A stretch of 64,000 bases of DNA from the human T2T-CHM13v2.0 reference genome, Homo sapiens, in the NCBI RefSeq assembly GCF_009914755.1, contig NC_060936.1. One strand, 5' to 3'. Shown piece after piece: positions 43,721-56,900 of this stretch. Position 1 is the stretch's first letter. The number at the start of each line of letters is the position of its first letter. The notes below the pieces were generated by a model. It saw only the letters and a list, made by a program, of their open reading frames with translations, did no database searches and was not told where the DNA came from. The translations under genes and the position numbers were made by a program.

Positions 43721-44113
43721 TGTTAAGTTCGGCCTAACGCTGTCTCCTTACATATTTTAGGTTCAACCTAAGGGTTTCTTTGTATGCCATGAACTATAAC
43801 AAGTGGAGGTGTATACAGACTGTAGCCTGCACTTGTGCCAATCACTGAGCTTTGGCCAATCAAACGTAGCCAACTGTTCAAACCGTGTTCAAATGAGGCA
43901 AATGCCAAGCTGTAACCAATCCAGCTATTTCTGTACCTCAATTCTGTTCTCTATATGCCACTTTCCATTTTTTGTCCATAAATCTTCTTCCACACATGGC
44001 TGCGCTGGAGTCCCTGAGCCTACTCTGGCTGGGAAGGCCATCCAATTCGCGAATCGTTCATTGCTCAATTAAATCCCTTTCAATTTAATTCAGCTGAAGT
44101 TTTTATTTTATCA
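43721..44113 (+). mobile_element. MER57-type ERV1 solo LTR, inserted in L2
   Basis: TG...CA termini, tgttaagttcggccta...ccttacatatttt...; three CCAAT boxes, attaaa at 44068; 4-bp TSD gctc/gttc; flanking L2 is continuous across it. Confidence 0.8.
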
Positions 44114-44346
44114 GTTCCAAGAGGCCAGGCACCATGTCTGTCTTGCTGTCTACTTTTTTCCTAATACCTCATTCATTTATCTGTTGACCAAATGAGCAGA
44201 TGAATGCGTAAGTACTAGGGAAAGGGAAGCTTCAATAAAAAGAATAAAGGACAAAAAATCAGGTACACTAAGAGCGAAAAAACAACTCTGTTAGTTTCAA
44301 TGACATTAATAAAAGTAGGACATGGCACTTAGTGCAGATATATATA

Positions 44347-45041
44347 AACTAGCCCCCACTGATTTCAGTTTAGCTTTTGGTGCTTTCTATTATTCATGGT
44401 CAAAACAGTCTAAAAATAATAAATGGAAAAATTCCAAAAATAAGCAACTCATAAATTTTAAACTGTGTGCTATTCTCCATCTTGCTTGGGATGTGAATCA
44501 TCTTTTTTCCAGCGTTTTCATGCTATACATGCCACCAGCCTATGAGTCACTTAGTAGCCATCTCAGTTATTAGATCAACCATTGTACTATCACACTGCTC
44601 GTGTTCAAGCAACCCTTATTTTATCTAATAATGGCCCCAAAGTGCAAGAGTTGTGATGCTAGCAATTCAGATATGCCAACGAGAAGCTGTAAAGCGCTTC
44701 CTTTAAGTGGAAAGGTGAAAGTTCTCAACTTAAGGAAAGAAACAAAATCAAATGCAGAGGTTGCTAAGATCTACAATAAGAACAAATCTTCTATCCAGGA
44801 AATTGTAAAGAAGGAAAAAGAAATTTGTACTAGTTTTGCTGATGTACCTCAAACTGCAAAAATTTATCACAGTGTATGATGAGTGCTTAGTTAAGATGCA
44901 AAAGGCATTAAATTTGTAGGTGGAAGCCATGAACACAAATGTGTTCCAATGGATGGCAGTTGGGTTCTGTCCTATCCAAGGTTTCAGGCATCCACTGGGG
45001 GGTCTTGGAATGTATCCTCTGCAGATAAGGGGTGACCACTA
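44347..45041 (+). mobile_element. MER44/Tigger7-derived Tc1-mariner DNA transposon with transposase N-terminus remnant
   Basis: Degenerate TIRs (tagccccc.../gataaggggtgaccacta), TA flanks; ATG at 44631 gives MAPKCKS...LPLSGKVKVL...AEVAKIYNKNKSSIQEIVKKEKEI (pogo/CENP-B-type HTH). Confidence 0.85.
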
Positions 45042-47185
45042 TATCTTGGGCACTAAGCATCAGGAACATTTTCCCAGACATCAGATGCCACCACCAGCAG
45101 CAAAGATCCCGTTGCTGGAAAAGGGAAGGGGAGGAAGATATAGCCACACTTGGGCTGTTAATAGGAATAGGATAAAGCAATGAAGGAGACAGAGGAAAAT
45201 AGCAGAGAAGATTGTTTTTAGAGTTCATATGAGATGTCCCAGGAAACTCTCAGAATCATTTGAAAAATTTTTGAGAAAAGCTAAAATTTAACACTTATAA
45301 ATTTATTTTGAGATTTTACAATCAGCCTTAAAAACATTAACTAACTTATTGCTAAGAGAGAAAGGCAGCTTATAGATGAGCACATATACATTAATGCCTC
45401 CATGTGTATGTTCATGTTGGAAAGGACGTAAGTTTTTTTTCTTGTTTCCTTGAAAGAAAGGCTTCAGGACAGAAATTCCTTACAAATACTTATAGTATTA
45501 ATAGTTATTTTTGAGAAGTGAGATTATAAGTGATTTTAAGATACATGTATATCTTTGTTTGTCTGTATTTTCTATTTTCCCTTCATTGCACAAGAAATCC
45601 TTGTAAACATTTCAAGAGTTTTAAAGATGTGCTTTCTTTTGAAAACTGATAAGAAAGGAAAAACAAATCATGCTTACTTCAGTGGGTTTACTTGAGGAAT
45701 GGAGAAGAAAAAGTAGAAGACCACAGAATCACTTATAAAAGCAGGGATGTGATGGCCAAGCAAGACACCACCACAGCATAGTTCCTGCTTGCTGTGTTCT
45801 TTCCTGCAGGTGAGCAGTTCCACTCTAAGCTCGTCTATGAGATGTGAGGCCAGTCTAGATTTGGGTTTTTGGCTCTTGGTGTGGTCTCTGCTCCACTGCA
45901 CAGAGACAATAAATAGAAATATCAACAATTCAGTGCGGAGCCATTGCCCCCATTTTTGCATTTTCTCTTTCCCTATAAGACCTTTCTATCATTGACTCCA
46001 TTGAGGGCAATTTTGAGAGATATTGGGATCCCTGGCTTAGAACCTTTGACAGTGTGCCCTGATAGACTCTCTTTGGTCAGAATTTTTTTGCGAGTTTCAT
46101 AGAATCGTCTCATTTATATGCACTTAAACACCTAAAAACATTCAAGAGAAAAATAATAATAATAATTTAAAAACCACACCGAAACACCTCAAATATTGTT
46201 GCATGTCGCCATTCACCCTCGTCCTGATACTATTTTGTCAGATTTGTCTGCCTTGGTTGCTGCCTTCCTCTCTCATGTCTCCTATTTAGGCAGAAAAAAA
46301 AGGGTTTCTGGGGAAATAAAAGTAAATATGGTAAATGGAAAATGGAATTGGATAATGAATGATAATATGTAGCCTTCTAACTAGGTCAGGTGAGAACGGT
46401 TCCTTTAAAACACCATCTTCCCCTGGGCAATGTGGGACCTGCAGGCACCTCTTTGCCTTTGCTTACAGCAGCCCTTCTGCCTGTAATGTGCTTCTGCAGT
46501 TGGCCTGGTTGCTCTTTCTCATCTATCCAAAGAGTGATAGACATCTGCCAGCTTTTGATTATGCCCTGAGGAATCTGTTGCAACAAACGAGTAACAATTT
46601 GAAGGACTGAAAAGTAAAGGCAATGACCTAACAGTTCTCAGGACAGGAAAAGCTGAAGGTTAATGGCTTTCTCCCATTACCGCTTCTAATTTTTGCTTTC
46701 TATTCAGTTATATTAGTCTTAGTGTCATAATTAAACAACAACAGCCACCATAACAAACAAGGTTTGCCAACCCCCAGAACAAAGAGTAAGCCTTTCTTGA
46801 GTACCCATTCTTTACTATGCTTGGCTCTGGACTAGAGATGAATGATTTCAGATCTTTGATGGCAAGGCTTTGGGCCTTTTAAAATACAAACTGATGAGTC
46901 ACAGAAACAAATGAAGTTGGCTTTACTGAAAGTAGTTTTTACTTCAGATGCTCTGTTTCTCACCATGCCCCATGGCCTTCTTCTGAATATTTCCTCTGCC
47001 TACAAAGTGGCTTAACATCCCTATGCATGACAGTGTGTCATCTGTTGATAACTTATATAATAATGTCCCCCCCGGTAATAGTTGAAAACTAAAAAGCAAA
47101 CAATAAAAACTATCAGTTACTGTGGAGAAGATGGGGAAAATTAAAAATGTATTCAGAGAATGGTGAGGCGTATATAGACCACATC

Positions 47186-47559
47186 TGTAATAGTCCGTTT
47201 TCACGCTGCTGATAAAGACACACCTGAGACTGGGTAATTTATAACAAAAAGAGGTTTCATTGACTCCCAGTTCCACATGGCTGTGGAGGCCTCACAATCA
47301 TGGTGAAAGACAAAGGAAGAGCAATGGGACATCTTACATGGTGGCTGGCAAAGAGAGAGAATGAGAGCCAAGCGAAAAGGGAAACCCCTTATAAAATCAT
47401 CAGATCTTGTGAGACTTATTCACTACCACGAGAACAGTATGGAGGAAACCGCCACCATGATTCAATTATGTCTCACCAGGTACCTCCCACAACACATGGG
47501 AATTATGGGAGCTACAATTCAAGATGAGATTTGAGTGGGGACACAGCCAAGCCATATTA
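47186..47559 (-). mobile_element. THE1 (B/C-type) MaLR solo LTR
   Basis: tagtccgttttcacgctgctgataaagac...gagctacaattcaagatgagatttgagtggggacacagcc. Confidence 0.93.
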
Positions 47560-47989
47560 ACCCACTCAGAGGGATTCTGGGGTAACTTTAAGTAGACTGA
47601 ATAAACCCTTCCTCTCCCTAGCCCACTCAAAATAATCCCAGGCAGAAATAAGCATTCCAATTTTGTTAATTCCATAGTACTTCGGTCTTGTGCCAGAAAC
47701 ATGACTGTAAATAATAATACTTGGTGTTAGAGTTAGATGTGCTCTTCCTAATGACTTCAGGCCCAGTGCAAGCTCCTCCACTAGGAAATTTCTCATTCAT
47801 CTTGCTATTCACAACTCCTTGACTAGTTTCTGGTACTTACTAAGCTTTAATAAACAATCATGAATGATAGTGAGGAAAAAAAAAAGTAACTTTTACTGTC
47901 ACATTGTTAACTAATGTTAGAATTAAGACTAGAACTACATCCATGATCCTTCCACACATAATCTCACAGATACGTGTCATCTCCTGAAA

Positions 47990-48890
47990 GTGCAACTTTC
48001 ATCATGTCATTTTCCACTTTAATGTCAAACAAACAAAACCTAAATGGCTCCCCCATCACCCAGAGAACTCTGAACTCCCATCAAATCTGCTCAACCCCAG
48101 TCTCCTCCAGCTTCCTCCCACTTCATTAACCAAAAATTCAGGAGTCTTTCTTAATTCCTCTCTTTCCCTTGTAACCTTCATGAACAAGTCCTATCAGATC
48201 TGCCTTCAAGATATATCCAAAATCTGTCTCTTTGCTCCACTTCCTATCTTCCTTGTCCAAGGTACCAGCACCTCTCATTTAGCTATGAAAATATCCTTCT
48301 TGTTAATTACCAAAAACTAGTCTCCCTGCTTCTAGCCTTGCCCATCTCAAATCTATTTTTCACATACAGCAGTAGAATGAACTTTAAAAAAAAAATCTGT
48401 CGATCATATCCTATCACGTCCCTGATTAAAACCTTCCATTGCATTTAGGGAAACACACAAACTCATTACCATGGCCTAAGAGACCTTCCATAAACTGATC
48501 CACTGCCTACCTCACTTGACCTCATCATTCCAACTGTCCTTCCCCCTTGATCATCATTCTTTAGTCATACAACCACTTCCCACTTTACAGCCTGTTCCCT
48601 CTCCCTGGAAATCCTTATGGATGCTTGCTTCTTGTCATCAGAGTCTCAGCCTAAATGTCACTCACTTACAGACGTCTTCCCTGACCACGTAGGAGCCCCA
48701 TCAATCCTGTGATCTCAATCACTGTCCAGTGTTTTTCCTTCATAGCTCTTACCAAAACCTAATATTTTCTTGTTGATTTTTCTCTCCACCCCTTTGTCTT
48801 GTTTAATGCTGAGTTTTCATTGCTTCAAACAGCTCCTGACACATAATGAATCTTTAATAAGTATTCACTGAATGAAAAAAAATGAATGAG
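47990..48890 (+). mobile_element. L2 (long 3' fragment)
   Basis: CT-rich L2: tctcaaatctattttcacatacagcag...attaaaaccttccattgc...cctgacacata...aataagtattcactgaatgaa. Confidence 0.8.
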
Positions 48891-50111
48891 GTCCAAATAA
48901 CTTGACTGGCCATTCAGAGCCTTCTGTTAAGATACCAAATTATTTTTCTGGCTACTACTCCCCTTTCACAACCATGTGTTTCCAGCCACATTTCACAGTT
49001 TGTTTCCTCTACACTCAGTACTTCTGAGAACTGCTCAATGACTGAAGGGCAAACCCAGCTAAAAATGTGAAGTAGGTCACATTGGCCTTTAAGTTCTCTA
49101 TTTAAATCTCTCTTCACTCTCCATGCCCACCGTAAGATGTCATCTTTTTTGGGGACTTTGTAAATTTAATTATTCCCTAGATGCTCAAGACTATAAACAA
49201 CACAGATAGCCAGGTCATTGACACACAATTTTATTTACATTTCACTTAGGTTGGGCAAGTGCCTCATAATGATCTGGAGATTTGGTATCAGAGGTTTCTG
49301 CCCAGGAAAAAAAAATTAATAAAATTTCACTTTTCTAATTAAGCAAATTATGTTATTTTCACTATCTGACATGCCTTAGGGATGGACATTTTTAAAGGAG
49401 AAGGCTGTCTTACTTACTCTCTATGCCAGCCCCACGTTTCTAGACCAATTTGCTGTTTGGATGTTAGTCTTACTGGCATCTCAATAAGGATGTCTCTGTA
49501 CAGAGTAGCTAGACAAGACATGGTTCCCCATTCATGTTAATGTGGTTCACCAGCCAGGTGGGACAGAACTGCACAGTTAAGCTGAATATTTCTCTTTTAT
49601 CAACACATAATTCAGATCAGTATTATCTTTCCGATATTCATAAAATATAAGACAATTGGGTAACTTTATCAAAAAGACAAACATCTTTAGTGTCAAAATT
49701 ATCATTTAATTCATCACCTTTGTTTCTCTGCATAATCTTTCCGACTATATAAATAGGTACCATATTTAGGTATCATATCTAGAACCTAGTATCTGGCACA
49801 TTACAGTGCATAGACACTTAAGAAAAAGATTTGTTGAATAAATAATTTCCTTTGAAAATATTTTGAGAAAAGAAATTGATACTAAGGTTGTCATTCTAAA
49901 AAGCAGATCTACTTAGCAGCTCAATAATCTAAAGCATTTACTTCTGAAATGCTGAATGTGTACATACAGCCTTCAAATAAACAGCGTGCTCTCCTATTGA
50001 AAATTCATTTGTCGTGTTCTGATTTGGGCTAATTCTGAGAAATCTGGTGAATCACTACTCTTGGTAAGACAGAAAATATAGCAGCTCTTCTCACTGTAAA
50101 ATCTTACTTCA

Positions 50112-50282
50112 AATTTAGTCAAGCAGTGTCTCTATACTTACATATGAGAATAAACTCTCAAAAAATCCAAATCCAAACCTGGGTGATTTATTTGTTAATT
50201 TAGTCAAGCAGTGTCTCTATACTTACATATATGAATAAACTCTCAAAAACCCAAATCCAAATCTGGGTGTTAAATATTTGTT
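50112..50282. repeat. 85-bp tandem duplication of unique sequence
   Basis: Copies start at 50112 and 50197; first 34 bp identical (aatttagtcaagcagtgtctctatacttacatat). Confidence 0.95.
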
Positions 50283-51829
50283 CCCTTGGAAAAAATGCTC
50301 CCTATACTTAAGGTAAGAGCACATCTTGATAATTTATCATTTATCATAAGTTTTCTCCCTTTCAGCCCGGATACCACCTCTCCAAATGTGGTAAAATCAA
50401 TTGCATATTGTTTCAATTTCAGGGCACTGCTGAAGTCGAGGGGATTTATTGCATCCCGAGTAGCTCATCTGTCTATGAATGCAGCAGACTTAGTACCGAG
50501 TCAGTAAAAAAGAAAATTTGATAATTTTTAAAAATGTACCTACTTGGGAAAAAAAGAAAAAACATTTTAGGTTGATAAGTGTTATATAATTGATTGCCAA
50601 CTGTAAAATGTAATGGTGATAATTGTCAAGGTTCCAATATTGTGTACATAGCTTTCTACACATTTTTATTTTATGTCCAGAGCCTTCATTGAGACCATCT
50701 GGCAACACTCACTTCCTTTGCCTTTTTTCCATCAGTAATAAATTGTGCTGCTTCTCGTTTCCTCAGCCATGTACCCCTTAATGAAGTAATTGAAGCTCTC
50801 AGGGCTTAACTTGATGCTGCTTTTAGATTACATTTGTGTTTTCACAGTTGCCTTCAGTGATGCAACCTCAAAGATTAACTAGAAGTGGGAATTCCCAGCC
50901 CTATAATGATATCATTTGGTGGGAGGGTAGGGGGATGTTTCCTGGAGCCTCTCAAATCCCCAAGATAGATAAATGGAGTTAGAAGAGGTTTTGTTTTTGA
51001 AACTGTACATGTGTGAAAAAGCCAGGAGGGAAAGGGAAAAGTAGAATTCTATGGAGTTTAGACACCATCCAAAACAGCTTTAACCCTGATGATCTAACTG
51101 AATTTAATAAAATAAGGATGGGGGATACAAACTAAACTTTTCTGAGTCACTGAAGGTAATTTCAAGAAAAGAAAATCCCTGAATATGTCTTTCGACACAC
51201 GCACACCTTTTAGCACAGACTGCCTAAAAGATTTCGGAGGCCAATGGCACCAGATGGTGGTAAGATGTAAGAGCTTTCCAATATAGCTATTAGGAAAGCA
51301 GTTAAAAGTTGAAGTCAGGTTGGCCTTCTGGTTAACAGATGTACAGTTCAAATGACTGTTATGCTGTTAAAAATAAGAAGAACAGAAAAGAAAAAGAAGA
51401 AAACAATGGGTAGTTACTCAATGGTAAATTCAACAGATTTTCTTGCGAATCCATTGAAGTCATAAAATAGTCACGAGATAACACAAAGTGAATTTCAGAA
51501 TTTAAAAAGAAAGGAGCTGAACTGAGCTTCATGGCAGGGCAGGATCAGTCTCTCACTCCCACCACATCTAAATACCATTAAGGATACACCTTTAACAAAT
51601 TCTCACACGTTTTCCAAAATACATACAGGTTTTCTTCATGTTTCTCACTGAACTAATATTATCAGTCACATTCCAAATTCATACTGATATAGACAGTTGG
51701 GTAACTGATCCAGTGAAATGTTTTTGGCACAAAAGGAAATACAGAAAAAGCCAATGGAAATTGCCCTTGACTTGCTTAAAGATTGGCAGGAAAGATACGA
51801 TGTGTTAATAAGTACCTGTGTGTAGGTAG

Positions 51830-51900
51830 AGCTAGCTGCCACACATGCTTGGGTAACTTGTGCAGTGCACAACCTGCATGGCCATCTGAGACAGCCTCTA
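51830..51900. mobile_element. MER91-like hAT MITE fragment
   Basis: Palindromic core ttgtgcagtgcacaa, recalled as characteristic of MER91. Confidence 0.45.
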
Positions 51901-52849
51901 AGTAAACCAATAAACAACAGGAGTTCAAAGGAGAAAGAAGTTTCTTCCGTCTGAAATAGTCTGAAATATCAGGAATGGTTTCCTGGAAGAAGTGATATGT
52001 AGGTTGTGCATTCAGAGGATTTATACACACAAGGGTTGGAATGATGGTAGAAGGAACTCAACTGGAGGAAACAGGCTGTGTCTGACACCTAGAGTCCAGG
52101 ATCAGTGAACTGATCTTGGTTCCGTGTGTTTGATGTGGTCAGCATGTGCTGCTCTAGCCTGACCTCTTCATGGGATTCCTTTTTACACCTGCTGACTCCC
52201 TTGCATGATCCCTCCTGCTTACAGCTAACTCACCAGAAGATCTCAGCTTAGGCTTCCCTGCCTATCACCCACCTTCCATTCCAGCCTGGGGTAAGCACCA
52301 CTCCTGTATCTTCCCATGGCACTCTGGACTGATCTGTCATATCAATTATCACGTGTTTTGAACAGTTTCATTATCTGGATCCTTCACAAAATTTTTAGCA
52401 CCCCAAGGGCAAAGACTGTTTTACCTTATTCACAACGATTTCTCCAGCAATGGACATAGTGCATGATACCCAGTATATGCTCAGAAAACAATTTTTATAT
52501 TACTTACATAAAGATATTTAATTGCATCAAATTAAAATATGTTTGTGAGAAAGGGACCAGTGTCATATACTAGGTTGTCTGTACAGTTCAACTTCTTTCA
52601 AAAGTTCCTTGATAGTACCTTGATATTAATAGAAGAGAATTAAATTTATAGATGATAAGATATTCCTTTAATTTTTAAAACTCTCCCTTTAGAAATTGTG
52701 GACTATTGTCCAACTAAATAAATAGTCCATCCTCATCCCCCACCCACTAATCTCCACATGGCAAGAATATAAAAACACAGGAGTTTCAGCGATTCTGAAA
52801 ATGTAAAGAGTATATAAAAGGCTAAGAAGTTGGGGCTTCATCCACTGCC

Positions 52850-53180
52850 CCATTTATCCAAAATATATTCACTTTATGCTAGGGCTGTTTGAGGCATTGG
52901 GGATACAGTTGGAGAAAAGATTGGGTACAGGACTGGGGAATTTAAACACATAAACAATAATCAAATAGATCTGGGAGGGTCAGTGCTATTGAGAAAATAA
53001 AATGGGATTTGTGAGAGATAGGAACGTGAGAGACCACTTCAGGTGGTTAGAGAGGGCACCTCTGAAGAAGGGGCATTTGAGCTGAGACAAGGATGACAGA
53101 AAGAAAGAGGACTTGAGAAGAATTTGGGGAAGAATGCGCGGGGTTGGGGAAAGGGCATAACATAACATTTTAAAAGACAA
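52850..53180 (-). mobile_element. L2 fragment
   Basis: ggcattggggatacag...ggtggttagagagggcacctctgaagaaggggcatttgagctgagac. Confidence 0.75.
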
Positions 53181-53429
53181 AGTTCAAATATTTTACTTTA
53201 AGGAAATGCAAATCCACTGAATGCCAGATAAGTATTATCTAGGCATCTGTCATTTCCCTCTCCATTGCCTTTCTCCTCCTCACCCCAGGATCACTCGCTT
53301 GAAAACAACATCTCATGGTCAGAGCGGCAATCCCCTGAAATGGGGGAGGTGAGATGTTCACATTTTATTTCAAATTCCGTTCCCCATGTATAACTCAGAG
53401 GAGTTATCCGATCTTCCCCTTCCAGTCCT

Positions 53430-53797
53430 GAAGCAATCAGCCCTCTTGCTTGCAAGCCACTGAAACTGATCCTAGCTAATTTAAGATGAAAATAAGTTAT
53501 TGGAAAAATAGGAGAATTTTATTGATGTGATAAAAATGCTGGAGCATCAACCTTCAAAAACTGAACGGAAATGGGGGCCTACCCAGCAGAGAACAAGGAC
53601 AAGGCCCTGACAGGAATATCTGCTTAGGACACAAAGCTGGGCCCTACTCCTATGTGATACACACCACTGACACTGCTATCATGGCTGTTGGTTGCTGGAG
53701 CACTGGATTCTCAACTCACCTTATTGCCACTGCTTCCAAGGATAATAGGTAGGTTTTTTAATCTTCTCCCCACTCCTTTCCTCCACCTTCAAGTAGG
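53430..53797 (-). mobile_element. Old MLT1-type LTR fragment
   Basis: cttgcttgcaagccactgaaactgatcctagctaatttaag...ttattggaaaaatagg. Confidence 0.5.
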
Positions 53798-54267
53798 GCA
53801 CTATTCACAATAGCAAAGGCACAGAATCAACCTAAATGCCCATCAGTGATAGACTGGATAAAGAAAATGTGGTACATATATACCACGAAACACTGTGCAG
53901 CCATAAAAAAGAACAAGATCATGTCTTTTGGGGGAACATGGATGGAGGTGGAGGCCATTAGCTTTAGCAAACTAATGCAGAAACAGAAAACCAAATACCA
54001 CATGTTCTCATGTGCAAGTGGGAGCTAAATGATGAGAATTCATGTAAACAAAGAAAGGAACAACAGACATTGGGGCATATTTGAGAGTGGAGAATGAGAG
54101 AAAGGAGACTAGCAGACAAACTATGGAGTACTAGGCTTAGTACCTGGATGATGAAGTAATATGTACAACAAACGTCTGTGACATGAGTTTACCTACATAA
54201 GAAACCTGTACATGTACCCCCAAACCTAAAATAAAAGTTAAAAAAATGTTTAAACAACAACACAAAA
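53798..54267 (+). mobile_element. L1PA13-16-like 3' end (ORF2 C-terminus, 3'UTR, A-tail)
   Basis: ORF 53846-54028 resembles the L1 ORF2 C-terminus (WIKKMWYIYT...KTKYHMFS); aataaa near 54230 and A-rich tail. Confidence 0.92.
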
Positions 54268-54667
54268 GAAAAGTGTCTGTTCATGTCTTTTGCTCACTTT
54301 TTAATGGAGTTGTTTTTTGTTTGTTGATTTGTTTAAGTTCCTTATAGATTCTGGATATTAGACCTTTGTTGGAGGTATAGTTTGCAAATATATTCTCCCA
54401 ATCTGTAGGTTGTCTATTTATTCTGTTGATAGTTTCTTTTGCTGTGCAGAAGCTCTTTAGTTTAATTAGGTCCCATTTGTCAATTTTTGTTTTTGTTGCA
54501 ATTGCTTTTGTTGTTTTTGTCAAAAAATCTTTGCAGGGCCTATGTTCAGAATGGTATTTCCCAGGTCATCTTTCAGAGTTTTTACAGGTTTAGGTTTTAC
54601 ATTTAGGTCTTTAATCTATCTTGAGTTGATTTTTGTATATGATGTAAGGAAGGGGTCCAGTTTCAAT
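54268..54667 (-). mobile_element. L1 ORF2 fragment (antisense), similar age
   Basis: ORF 54281-54523(-) [29 protein letters not shown] is L1 ORF2. Confidence 0.92.
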
Positions 54668-55218
54668 ACCTTAGTTTTCTCATTTCGAAAACAGGCACGC
54701 TGGTATCCATCCAATAGTGATATTGTCAGCATTAAATTAGGTAATATAGAATATGACAGTAGCTGTTATTTATGTTGTTGTTTCATTTCTATTTTGAGCC
54801 CTTAGTGTACAAGTTATTCTACATAAGCAAAGCAGCTACTTATGTCCTTATTCTAATTTTTGCTATTTCTATCATGGGTTTCCGTCCTCTCTCTTTCTGA
54901 CATTTCATCATTTTTTGTTGTTATTGTCTTATCTGTCTCCTACTGAATTTTCTTTAATGAATCTCAATCTCCAAACTGACATGTTGCCCTTTTGTGAATA
55001 TCAGTGGCCAATCTGAGAATTTCTTTCAGTTTATGAAACAAAAGAATGTTTTAGGCATAATCGTCAGGACTTTGGTTCTTCTCTGCTATATTCTTCTAAC
55101 TGATGGCTTTGTTCTGTTGTTGAAAGAAAACAGATGTTGTACTCTTGGTCTTCTTTTCTATTTCTTTGTCCAGAATCACCCTGAAAATCTGGTGGTTATG
55201 GAAGGTTATTCTCAAGAA

Positions 55219-55404
55219 AAGAGATTTTCAACCTCAACGCCATTGACATTTTGGGCAAGGTAATTCTTTGTTGTTGGGGCTTCTTTTGTGCATTGAAAGA
55301 TGTCTAGCAGCATTTCTGGCTACCAGTATCTCCTCTCTCCTTCACACCAGTGTGACAACCAAAAATGTCTTCTGAGGTGTAAAATCGTCCTGGTTGAGAG
55401 CACT
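55219..55404 (+). mobile_element. MER20 hAT-Charlie MITE (internally deleted)
   Basis: ttcaacctc...cattgacattttgggc...taattctttgttgt...gtgacaaccaaaaatgtct...ctggttgagagcact. Confidence 0.85.
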
Positions 55405-55899
55405 TTACCCACACTTACTCTGCCAAGCACTTGCCTGAGTGATTTACATTTACCCTACTCTGTTCTCACTATGAAGTTTTTTCCTAAGCAATGTTTAAAA
55501 ATTTGGCAAAACTTAGGTGACTTTGAGCACATCCTTGAACAAATGAACTAGGTTTTTCCAGTTCCTAACCATAGGCTGAACCTTGGACCTCATGCTATTG
55601 TTGACTAGGGTGGCTTAGTCTAGAGCATGTTTATGGGTCATAGCCATATCAGTATACTCATGAACGTTTATAGAGCAACCTAAGTGTATCCTTCTTATTT
55701 ATGACTTGTAAGCTCACTATTGTTAAAATATTACAGTTCTTTAATTGTAAAATACCATTCATTGATTGTAGGATTCACAACAACAGCTTTTTTTCTACTT
55801 AAAATATATATTAAATGTTAAAAAGTATTCTTTTTAGCTTAATAAACCACAAATGGTATATGTATTTGCATTCCACTTTATTTTTCAGGACTACTCACA

Positions 55900-56070
55900 G
55901 GAGTTTAAGGATGACAGCCTTCAAATGTTAAAATGCACATTCCTGGCTCCTACCTTCCATATTTTACCTTGAGGATGAGCAGGAGATCCCAGGGATGCAA
56001 TCAATTCTAAACAAGCATATCAGCTAATTCTAATGTAGCCCACCAACATACATTGAGAAAGATTGGTCTA
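55900..56070. mobile_element. MER5-like hAT-Charlie fragment
   Basis: gttaaaatgcacattcctggctcc...aaacaagc...taattctaatg...cattgagaaagattggtcta. Confidence 0.55.
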
Positions 56071-56759
56071 AGCCTTCTTAACATTTAGGATGTAAAGACT
56101 GTTCTAAGTCACTGCTGTCCCTTGGCAGTCATGTGCAACATCAAGTGTCATTACACACCACTATTCAGGCTTAATCACAACCATGAGACATCCTAAACAG
56201 TACCAGGGATTCATCTGAACTCTCTACTTAGCCAAATTTGTAATTTTACTTCTGGTAATTAAATGATATACCACTGGGAGGTAGTTTGTCTCATAAGCCA
56301 GCTGGGACCTTTCAACTAATAGACATTTGATGATGCGGGTGCCTTTTTGATGCTTACATTGTCTATACCAACTTCTGCTATCTTAGAAAATTCTCCACTT
56401 ATTCTCCCAAATTTTCTGCAGCCTTTCAATATGTCACCTGAACTAAAACAGATAACCTTCCTAATGCAAAATAACTTAAAGATTGCACCATAAAATCTAT
56501 TTTAGAAAAAGTTTTCAGTGACAGGGATATGCATTTCATTAAAACTTTACCAGAATGTGATGTTATTAATGTAGGCTCTTAATTGAGGTGACAATTGGAT
56601 GATCAATAGCCTGACACCTGTTAAATTTGTGTATGTTTAGTCATTGACAACTACTTATCAACTTACCTTCTCCCTGGTGGCAGCAAATTTCATTTGACAT
56701 TGATTGTAAGATACATTCAGATTTTTCAAATAATCAAATATAGGGAAGGTTATTTTATG

Positions 56760-56900
56760 TGGGGGGATAATGAGTAATTAGTGGGTATGATGTACATTAT
56801 CCAGGTGATGGATATCCTAAAGCTTTGAATTAACCACTACACAATCTATGCATGTAACAAAATTGCATTTGTACTTCATTCATTATACAAATTTTTTAAA
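56760..56900 (+). mobile_element. Short L1PB/L1MA 3' end
   Basis: gggtatgatgtacattatccaggtgatggata...accactacacaatctatgcatgtaacaaaattgcatttgtac; flanking repeat gttatttta on both sides. Confidence 0.8.

Noticed and set aside
53846-54523. L1 ORF2-like ORFs as active L1
   Set aside because: Short, diverged fragments without promoter, ORF1, endonuclease or RT domains.
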